Source: Vezdaea acicularis (taxonomy: Eukaryota). Taken from it: a DNA stretch of 64,000 bases. How positions within the stretch are numbered: the first letter of the stretch is position 1; the number at the start of each line of letters is the position of its first letter. A program made the translations under genes and the position numbers. The notes below the pieces were generated by a model, which made no database searches, had not been told where the DNA came from, and worked only from the letters and a program-made list of their open reading frames with translations. This document shows, one piece after another, positions 47,001-57,374 of the stretch. The stretch covers positions 62,001-126,000 of the forward strand of contig JAPEUI010000024.1 in assembly GCA_026025075.1 (NCBI GenBank). Direction: 5' to 3'.

Positions 47001-50000
47001 CATTCCTGGACATATCAAATAACAAGCTGGAGCAACTTGAGCATGCGCAGCTTGAGAAACTCACGAGCTTGGTAAGTTTGAAAATGTCGAACAACAAGGT
47101 CTCGAAGCTCCCGCCGTCATTTGGGCGGTTCAAAGATTTGAGGTCGCTGAATCTATCCTCCAACTACCTGAATACCTTCCCAGAATTCCTCTGCGACCTC
47201 TCGTCTCTCCAAGATCTAGACGTCAGTTTCAACGCAATATCAGAAATGCCAGAAGGAATCGGGAAGCTTTCGTCTCTTGAAAAGCTCATGTGCACTAATA
47301 ATCGGCTTGACAAAGCATTTCCTCCTACGTTTGGCGATTTGAATAATCTGAAAGAGCTTGACGTTAGGTTCAACACTATCCCGAGCGTTGACATTTGCTC
47401 GCAGTTGCCTCAGCTGGAACAATTGATGGCTGGTCATAACGCGATTTCAATGTTCGAAGGCACATTTGTGAGGCTCAGGGCCTTGATGCTTAACCACAAC
47501 CCTATCACCCGATTTAACATCAAAAACATGGTTTCAACTCTAACGAGACTCAATCTTGCCTCCGCTAAACTCGCTCAGCTTCCCGACACACTCTATGATA
47601 ACGTGCCGAATCTCGAAATGCTTGTCCTGGATAAGAATCACTTTGTTTCCCTGAGCCCGCAAATAGGGAAGTTACAAAGGCTGGATCTCCTTAGTCTAGC
47701 AAAAAATCCTCTGAGTGCGTTACCTCCAGAGATTGGCTGCCTTCAGTCCTTACGAGTTCTGGACGTTCGAGAAGGCAATATGACAAAGCTGCCATCTGAG
47801 ATATGGTGCATGATGAGGCTCGACACGTTGAACCTCTCATCAAACTGTCTTGAGGCATTCCCTAAGCCAGCCTCACAACCACCGCAACTGCCAGGGGAAC
47901 CACACATCCCTCCCATGTCCCGAACCAATACATCTACTGCAATTACTCCATCACTTTCTTCAAGCCAGAGCTACGAAGAACTTGGCAAGCTTGAGAGTTT
48001 CGGAGCGCGCCGACCAAGCCAGGCCTCTGGAGGCCTCCTCAGTGTTGGGAGCTCGCCGTCCGTTGGATCCGCTCGCAATGGATCGATCATATCTGTATAT
48101 GGGCAAGGTGGTAGGAAAGCGTCCGTTTTCTCAAGAACTACATCCGAAGGCTCACAAACACCTACCGTCTCGACCGTTCGCAAAGACTCTACTTTCTCAA
48201 CACGTAACCTGTGCACGTTTGCTGGGTCGCTGAGGCATTTGTACCTTGCGGACAACAGACTCACAGATGATGTGTTTGACTATATGATCATGCTGCCTGA
48301 GTTAAGAGTCTTGAACCTCTGCTATAATGAGATATATGACTTGCCTAGTGGGTCACTCAACAGGTGGCCTCATATAACCGAGCTCTATCTCTCTGGCAAC
48401 GAGCTGACTTCTCTACCTGCGGAAGACTTCGGAGAGCATAGCTCATTGAAGGTGTTACACATCAACTCTAACAGATTCCAAGTGCTTCCCGCTGAGCTCG
48501 GAAAGCTCCACAAGCTAGCTGTATTGGACTGTGGGAACAACTTTTTGAAGTATAATGTTTCAAACTGGCCATACGATTGGAACTGGAACTGGAACGTGAA
48601 CCTCAAGTTTCTCAACTTGTCCGGTAACAAGAGACTGGAAATCAAACCAAGTGCATCATACACCCAGAACTCCTATGACCGCGACCAAAGAGACTTGACA
48701 GATTTTAGTAAACTGTCTCACCTGCGAGTCCTTGGGTTAATGGACGTCACTTTGACGATCCCGTCTATCCCAGACCAAACGGAAGATCGCAGAGTTCGGA
48801 CATCTGGGTCGCTGGCTGGCGTCATGACATACGGTATGGCCGACAGCCTCGGGAAAAATGAGCATCTGTCGACCATCGACATGGTCGTGCCAAGATACCG
48901 AGGCCATGACGGCGATACGCTCGTAGGCATGTTTGATGGGCAGGCACTCTCTAGTGGTGGCTCTAAGGTTGCGAAATTCTTACATGAGAACTTCGTTTTA
49001 CATTTCAACGAAGAGATGGATCGTCTGGAAAAGGGTGAAAACCCATGCGACGCGCTCAGGAGGACTTTCTTGGCTCTGAATAAGGACCTAGCCACTCAGG
49101 CGCATGTGAATCTCAACGAACGACCAGCGCACCTGGCTCATCGAGGGTCGGTCACTGCCACCCCGTTTACGCAAGACGATCTGAGGTCGGGGGCGGTCGC
49201 TACTGTGATGTATCTACAGGGAATGGAACTCTATGTCGCCAACGTTGGTGACGCGGAGGCGATGCTCTTACAGTCTGATGGGATGTTCAAGACGTTGACC
49301 AGAAAACACGACCCAGCAGAAGCCGGAGAGCGATCCCGTATCCGTGAAGCTGGTGGTTACGTCTCACTGAAGGGAAAGCTGAACGATGCCTTGGAGGTGT
49401 CTCGAGCATTTGGCTACATCGACATGATGCCTGCCGTTCAAGCCTCTCCTCATCTTACTCATATATCGCTTAAGGAGAAGGACGAGATGGTACTCATTGC
49501 GTCGAAGGAACTCTGGGACTATCTGACGCCTCGATATGCTTGCGATGTCGCTCGATCGGAGAGAGGAGATTTGATGCGTGCAGCAGGTCGACTTCGAGAT
49601 CTCGCGATTGCATTCGGTGCTTCGAACAAGATCATGGTCATGATGATCGGGGTCAGCGACTTGAAGAAACGCGAGAGGAATCGGTATCGCGGTCAAAGTC
49701 TATCGATGGGTCCATCTGGAGTCGCCGACGAGCAACTATTCCCCACCCGTGGCGGGCGACGTCAAGATCGACCGTACGATTCTAATCTTGCTCGATTAGA
49801 TCAAGAAGTTGAAGCACCCACCGGAGATCTCAGCATTGTGTTTACCGACATCAAGAACTCGACTGTATTGTGGGAGACTCATCCAACCGCCATGCAATCT
49901 GCCATTCGAACACACAATGACCTGATGAGGAGGCAGCTCCGGATCATTGGAGGGTATGAGGTAAAGACAGAAGGTGACGCCTTCATGGTTTCATTTCCGA

Positions 50001-50971
50001 CTGCAACTTCTGCTCTGTTATGGTGCTTTTCCGTTCAAAGCCAGCTTCTGGATGCCGAGTGGCCATCAGAAGTGTTGAGTAGCGTACATGGGCAAGAGGC
50101 TCTAGATGCAGATGGCAACAGGATATTCCGGGGGCTCTCCGTACGAATGGGCATACATTGGGGTCAGCCAGTGTGCGAACCGGATCCAGTCACGAGGCGT
50201 ATGGACTATTTTGGTCCGATGGTCAACCGAGCCTCTCGAATCTCGTCCGTGGCCGATGGTGGGCAGATCACCGTCTCTTCCGATTTCATTGCGGAGATTC
50301 AAAGGGTTCTGGAGACATACTCGGAAAGCGAACGAACAGACTCGGGGGGTTCCGAAGATGCTATGAACGATGACCTGATGGGACAGGCGATCCGCCGCGA
50401 ACTTCGCTCGCTCAGCACCCAAGGGTTCGAAGTCAAAGACCTCGGACAGAAGCATCTGAAGGGCCTTGAGAATCCCGAATACGTCTTCTTGATGTATCCT
50501 CATTCGCTTGCAGGCCGCCTGGCTGTCCAACAACAGAAAGCCGACGCGGAAGCCGCTTCAGCCGCCACCGCACCTGGCAGCCTGAGCAAGGAGACGCAGC
50601 TTGCCATTGACACGGAACAGGTGTGGGGTCTTTGGAACGTCAGCTTGCGGCTGGAGATGCTCTGCAGCACGCTGGAGAGCCCTGGCTGTGCGGCGCTGAA
50701 ACCGCCGGAGACGGCGCTGGTGGAGCGAATGAAGAACCGCGGGGGGGAGATCACGGATCGGTTCTTGGTCAATCTGGTGGAGCATCAGGTCTCCCGGATC
50801 GAGACGTGCATCACGACGCTCATGCTACGGCACCTCGACAACCCGTTCTCGTCCGGGCAGTCGCTGCTGGAGAGGGCATGTCCGATGGGAGAGGTCATGG
50901 ATCGGATCGCGGCTTCGCTCGCTGAACTACACGCGATCAAGGCATCGCAAGGGCGTATCACTGAAGTCTGA
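44085..50971 (+). CDS. CYR1: Adenylate cyclase (fungal class III: G-alpha-binding, RA, LRR, PP2C-like and cyclase domains)
   Basis: Exons 44085..44221, 44367..45051, 45349..46683 and 46751..50971 join in phase. Motifs VPFLYQDPE/DLSQFGDAPV, WAAPDSW, RA domain VRVFRLDGTFATL, many LRRs, WPYDWNWNWN, IVFTDIKNST, YEVKTEGDAFMV and MDYFGPMVNRASR. Confidence 0.96.
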
Positions 50972-52491
50972 AGTCTGACGCATGATGAACCATAACAAGG
51001 GGTTCTGGGTGCAAGCGTATGGCAACGGCATTCACGGCAGCCGCCCCGCGACGATCGGAGGGGAAATAGTGTTTTTGGGGGGAGTAGCTTCTTTTGGATG
51101 ATTATGTAGGCGCGCACGTGTATCTGATATGCTTTCACGGGCGGTATAGGAAGATCGAGGCGTTGCGGCGATACCTTGCGGGCGACGGCCTTGCTCCGCA
51201 CCGTAGCGAGCTGGTACGCGATGGGCCCAGAAGTAGAGGGAAGGGAGGAAGCATTGTGTACGAATAGCGTCATTCCGTCTATATATTTTGTATTTTGGAT
51301 AAAATACGACTTGGGCTATTCAAGCCGAACGATACTTCCTCATCTTGTCCATCTCATGAGAATGGCCCTTCCTCCTGTCTCAGCTGCGACGGGAAAGTGC
51401 GATGGAAGGAGCTCGGCGGCTCGTCTGGGTCGGGTCTCGGAGCTCGGAAGGTGCGACGACTGGGAAGGCGAGCTCGTCTGCCAATTATAGCAGGTGGGGC
51501 AGCTCGCGCGAGGCAGCTTGGCTGGCTGCTGCTGCTGCAACCACGGCCGGCTCCATCGTGCGTGCTTGCCCCCAAGACAAACAGAGCGTCCGATCCGTTG
51601 CAACGTGCCATTCGTGGCGACCGTGTTGTGGTGATGTCGTCGTCCGGTCGTCGTCACTGCCACTGTGTCTCCCACGAGCTGTTTGATTGTGCTTTGCGGT
51701 GGGAGCTGTGTGCGATCGCCCTTTCCGCTGTTTGGCCGCGTCCGTAAAGCTCCCGCCTCCCTTGTTCGGTCAGGGTCTAGACAGGGAAGGTGACGACGGG
51801 GGGGTCTCGCTTGTCGGGCGCGCTGAGCCTATCGGGGTTGCTGACCGCCCCAGAACGGCTAAGCGAGGCCCGGCAGAATGGCCATATCCAGCCCTCGACA
51901 TTTGCGAGCTGCACGCCCCGCCTCGTCCATTTATCGACGAATGCAACAGCTCCACTCCAGCGCCATCTTGCTATCCCCATATGCCTTTTAGCATCATTAG
52001 CACTGCATAGCACGTAAAACAGCTTAGCGCCGTCCTCAGCCTTCTACTTTCCGCTCCTATCCGGTGATCGGCCTGCGCTCCGAGACCGAATTCGTGTGGT
52101 CATCGCTCCCGGTGGCTGCCACTCGTATTGCTGGCGAGGGGCTGGAAACGAGGTCGTCAGGATCATTTTCCGCCCACCGTCACATAAGATCCGACGGCCG
52201 GCCACATTCCTCTCCCACCTCCTCATTCTTCTATGTGTCTCCGTCGTATTTGCACTCTCTTTGACCAAATCTGCAAAGAAATTGCTTGTAGCATCTGCTG
52301 CGTACTGCGCTGAAGCGCGCTTGAGAGCTGTCTGTCGCTTACTCTCGAAGCTCCGAATACCATCGACTGAGCTGCTCGCGGCGGACGATTCACTAGGCCC
52401 ACGAAGCAGGCAGAGGTCGAGGACTTGCAAGAGCTCTCAGAATCGTGCATTTTTACTTTGGCCGCTCGTTTTCAGACTCACATTCCTCAAG

Positions 52492-54104
52492 ATGAGGACA
52501 ACGTGGAAGCAATCATTCCTGGCACTCGCGGCCTCACTTGCCTTCGCCATACCCGTCGGAGGCCAGACCTCGACGAAATGTAACCCCCTCACAAGTAAGC
52601 TCGACTTTCCATTCTTCGCGAGTGTCATGCTAATGCCAGTCCAGGCACATGTCCAGACGACCCAGCGTTGGGCAAATCACTATCCATCGACTTCACAAAA
52701 GGCTCCTCTAACCAGTTCACGGCCCAAGGCTCGCCGTCGTACGACGGCAATGGCGCGTCGTTTACAATCGCAAAGAGCGGCGACTCGAGCACTATTGTCA
52801 GCAACTTCTACCTTATGTTTGGCAAAGTAGAGGTGGTCATGAAGGCTGCGCCAGGTCAAGGCATAGTCAGCAGCTTCGTCATGCAATCGGACGATCTCGA
52901 CGAGATCGATTACGAATGGGTCGGCTCGGACTCCGCCCGAGTGCAGAGCAACTACTTCGGAAAGGGCCAGACCACGACATATGACCGAGGCGCCTTCCAT
53001 TCGGATCCTACCGCCACGAGCTCGTTCAACACGTACACAATCGATTGGTCGGCAAACCAGATCAACTGGGAGATCAACGGCCAGACAGTACGGACGCTTC
53101 AGCCTTCAGGTGCAAACGGCCAGTACCCGCAAACACCAATGCAGATTAAACTCGGCATCTGGAGCGGAGGTGATTCGTCAAATGCACCGGGAACCATCAG
53201 TGAGTTTTCATGTCTTCAATTTTCCTTTGGCTTTCCGTACTAACGATCTATTTAAGCTTGGGCAGGAGGTCCTACAAATTACGCGGGCGGCCCTTATACG
53301 ATGGTCGTCAAATCGTTGACAGCAACCGACTACTCGACCGGCACTGCCTACAAGTACAACGGCCACGACGGTACATGGCAAGAAATCGTCGCCGTTGGCG
53401 GAAGTGTCAACCCTAGCGGCTCTGGCGCCCCCGCCGCCTCAGCACAAGCTGTTCCTTCTGTGACTTCCGCGTCGCCCTCCGTCCCCGCATTCGACGGCAC
53501 CCACCGCGACTCGTCCACCACCACACCAACCGGCTACCCTTGGGTTTCCGGCTCCACCACCCTCCTAACAAGCGCCAGCGCGGCGGCAACTTCCTACCCG
53601 GGCTTGCCCGCAGGCTGGACGGTCTCTGGCTCCGGAAAGGTAATGCCTCCGAGTGCGGCTCCGCCAAGTGAGCTCGCCCCCCAAACACCACTTTACCCGT
53701 TCATTGAGACAAACTCGCTAACCTTCTCTTCCCCCGAACAGACTTCCGATGCCCCTCCCCCAACTTCCTCCTCTGCCTCGCCTTCTGTGTCGGATGCATC
53801 GGCTCCAACTTCTTCGGCGGCCCCGTCGTCCTCGATTACGCCTGCTACGACAGCTGCTCCGAGCTCCGGTGACTCCAATCTCGAGACGGTCACCCAGTTT
53901 AATCAGCAAGGCTTCTCGACGCTTGTAACGGAGAGCAAAGGGGCGAGCACGGCGAGTAAGAGCTTCAACGAGCAAGGCTTTACGACGAGCGCGGCCTCGG
54001 CGATGATGACGCCCACAAAGAATGATGCTCCTCCAAATTTGAGAAACGGAGGGATGGCTGGAGCGGCCGTCGCTGCTATCGTGGCGGGCGCGCTGGCGAT
54101 GTGA
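52492..54104 (+). CDS. CRH1: GH16 Crh-family cell-wall transglycosylase, GPI-anchored (possible alternative C-terminus)
   Basis: Signal peptide, QTSTKCNPL/TCPDDPALG, catalytic DEIDYE motif, QSNYFGKG and YPQTPMQIKLGIWSGGD. A Ser/Thr-rich stalk leads to the hydrophobic end MAGAAVAAIVAGALAM. Introns about 52595..52644 and 53200..53257, plus a candidate optional intron 53668..53741. Confidence 0.9.
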
Positions 54105-54535
54105 AGCACCACGTGGGCGAGTGGGCTCGATGAGCGAAGTGACGAAAAGGCGAATGGGATTTTGTGACGTTCATGCATTGACGGACAGACAGAAGCACGG
54201 ACGGCTCACGGACGACGTCCTGTATATAGAATTCGGCGCGTATTGGCATTTTCATGGGCAAACTGGGTCGGCATGGCTATGGGCACCGACGAGGATGGGA
54301 TCAACGGATAAAGGGGGTTTAACTGCATCATGAGGCATGGAAATGTCCCCACGGATCTCTCTGAGAACGACGACGACGACGCTCCTTTTGTGAGGGAAGA
54401 AGGAGTGATTAATATTAATACGATAATTGAACGCTGTGCTTCTCGAGCCCTGCATGAGAACGAGGTTGTCGTGCTGTGGACGTGACAAGTGACGTGTGAC
54501 TTGTGATGTGAAGGAAAAGACGCCTGATCAAAGCG

Positions 54536-54563
54536 GCGTGCGTGCGTGCGTGCGTGCGTGCGT
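54536..54563. repeat. (GCGT)7 microsatellite
   Basis: Read directly between the convergent CRH1 and SRC1 3' ends. Confidence 0.9.
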
Positions 54564-54673
54564 GGGTATCACTCTATCCCCTATATATCACAATTGCCCC
54601 CTCCCCACCGGCTGACCAAACAAAACAACCCAATCTCCCCTCCAAACATACTGATCACCTAAAGACACATCCC

Positions 54674-56853
54674 CTAAAACGCCTCCCTTCCGCCCTCCTC
54701 CCACTTCCTCAGTCTCAGTCCCTCTCTCTCCCCCTCCGGCGTCCCCACCCCAGCAGGAAGAGCAGGAGCAGGACTCCCCCTCTCCCGATCCCAATCCTCC
54801 AGCCTCCCCACCGCCCCGATCCACTCCCAGACCCTACCCACCTCGCCACTCCTCCCCTCACGCACGCTCGCGCGTACATTCGCGTTCCGCTCGACGATAG
54901 CACTAACGCGCTTCCAAACCCCTTCGCGGCGCGCAAGCACGAATTCGTCGCGGAGGACATCGTCGCGGAGTTGGCCCGTGCTGATGAAGGGGTCGGGGTG
55001 CAGATGTGGTTTGTGGGCGTGGAGAGCGGCTTGGAGGGCGAGGCGGTCGAGGGCGAGGGTTACGAGGTGGGGGACGCGGGAGGCGGTGGAGCGGGCGGTG
55101 AGGAGAGTGGTGTAGGCGTAGAGGAGGAGCGAGAGGAGGACGGTTAGGAGGCTAAGCTGTTTAAGATGGCGGACCAGCGCGAGGCGGGCGGAGCGGCGGA
55201 GGGCGCAGAGGAGGGGGAGGCGGGCGAGGGAGGTGCTGCTGAGGAGGAGGGGTTGCGGGTGGTGGTCGGGCCGTCTGTGGGGGGGTGAAGGAGCCTGGTT
55301 AGTTTTTCGGGACTTGGTCAGATATTTGAGGTTTGGTGGGGAGGGGAAGGAAGGGAAGAAGGGGAGGGAGGGATATGGGGAAAAATGCGAGCGTTGACAT
55401 ACCCGTCTTCGCCTACGACGACTTCGTCGCGGCTCTTGATCTCGCCCAGGGCGCCCTCCCACAGAGACTCGAACTCTTCTTCGCTCATGCCCCGCCGTCG
55501 CTTCTGCGCGACTGCCGTCTTCAGCTCCGCTTCTTCGATCTCGACGGTTGGCGTTTCCTTGCCGTCGCCGTCCTTCAGCTCGCCGCATTCAAATTTGGCG
55601 CGGCGCTCCCGGAGCTCTTCGACCGCTCGGTCCGCCACGGCTTTTACTCTGCGGACTTTCTCGCCGTCCGGCTCGCAGGTGGGTGGGATGGGCAGGAAGC
55701 CGCCCAGGTTGAGGGGGTGTTGCCGTAGCACGAAGTCTGGCTCACAGGTTGTCTCGAGGTTCGGGAAGCAATACGCGTGTGGTGGGCAGGGCTCGCACTC
55801 TGGTTCGAGGATCGATGCCCACTCAGGGATCTCGATGCCCGAAGGCGTGAGGGAGAGGTAAGGGTTCCGTCCGAGGCCGCAGTAGCCGATGGAGAATTTC
55901 TCACGGCGAAACCAGGTTCCATAGCCGCCAGCAAGGGCGAGAAGGACGACCCAGGGGGCGAGTTTGCTGGCTCTGCTTGTCGGCTGTCGCTTTTTCCGCC
56001 GAGGGACCAGAGCGTTCTGGGCAGCGAGATCAGAGGTTTCTTCGGGGGTAAACTCTTCGCCTGGCGCGAAGCCATCGTCCTCAGACTTGAGAATGGGCAA
56101 GAATTGCTTGGAGCTGGGAACCGTGATGCCATCTTCTACCTTTACGCCGTTGCTAACTCTCTTGGAGCTGCTCTTTCGTTTCGTGACGTCCTTGCTTGAG
56201 GCACTGATACTCTTGCGCTTCTTCTCGCCGCTGGGACTGCGGTCTGCGGGTGGGGAGCTGCCACTTTGGAAGGGATTGTCTTCGCTGAAGATGGCGTCAT
56301 CGCTGGATTGTCGACCGATAAAGTCGGGGGCTTCGATCTTGACGGTGGGCGTTGCTACGGCTTCGCTCTTTCGTGAGCGACGCGCGGAAGGGCGAGGGTT
56401 ATCAGCGTCGGTGGTTTCTGTATCGGAGGCGCGAGCGTGTTTGCTCGAACTTCGTCGGGGAGTCTTCTTAATTGCCGACTTCTTTCCTGATGGCGTCTCT
56501 TCGCTTTCTTCCGAACCTATCTTGCTCTTGTGGCCTCCGCTTTTAGTTCGGGGTGTTTTAGGGATAGGAGGTGGTGGCATGAGAGTCGCTTCGTCTTCAG
56601 GGGCGATTGTCGATTCTTGGCTTGATTCGACATCGGTGATACCTCTGCTTGTGCGTTGGATTCGTTTCTGAGCTTTAAGGAGCTTCTTTGCTTTGGGGAC
56701 AACATTCTCGTTGAATAACTCTATCAATTGCGGCTTCTTTGAGGAAGACGGAAACTGTATGCCATGTTCTACTAAGATTCCTCTAAGCCGTGGGACTGTG
56801 AGAGATGAGGGATCAAAGGATGATGAAAGGTAATCGAGGTCGTTCTCGGACAT
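54674..56853 (-). CDS. SRC1: Inner nuclear membrane LEM/HEH protein (Src1/Man1 family)
   Basis: HEH domain FDPSSLTVPRLRGILVEHGI, FSEDNPFQSGSSP, TM1 WVVLLALAGGYG, luminal Cys motif PECEPCPPHAYC...CEPDF. Intron 55402..55275 precedes TM2 and the MSC/WH end WKRVSAIVERNANVR...RVWEWIG. Confidence 0.92.
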
Positions 56854-57374
56854 GGTGGCGATACAAGTATTAAGAGGTGGAAAGGATGAAGGTGTAAGAG
56901 TCGCTGTGACTGTCGTGATAGCTTGCAGCCGCGATGATGTGCAAGGTCACGTAGGCGAAGTCAATTGTACCAAGCTGGTGAATTTCTTGAGGATGGCAAG
57001 GACCATCGAAGAATAGCGTTTCAATGGACCATAAACAAGATTTAGTGTCGCGTGCGGGTGGCTTGCTGTCCAGGCTCCAGTCTAAGCCGAGGCTGTCAAG
57101 GTTTGCAACCTAAAGCGAGCCTATTTCTGATTCGGCCGAGTAGTTGTGGAAACGCTGAAATGTAATCCCCAAATCGAGCCCAATCACGATCGAGAAATAC
57201 TAAAAGGGTGCGAAGATTACTTTCCGTTGTCAATAATGACGCTGTTGCGGGGACAACAGTTTTTGACGCTGCCACATCTAGTAAGCGACCGAATTATTGA
57301 TGACTAATACACGCCAAGACTCCATCATTCGCCACGATATGGCGCAGTGGCTCGCCACAACTAGAAAAGTGCTT

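Noticed and set aside
52096..52830. 244-aa plus-strand ORF
   Set aside because: It is a composite of upstream leader, the real CRH1 exon 1 and read-through of intron 1 into the wrong frame.
54542..56671. Long plus-strand ORFs opposite SRC1
   Set aside because: These are antisense shadows caused by high GC and codon bias. The same applies to the many short ORFs opposite CYR1, SGS1, DOP1 and FPR4.
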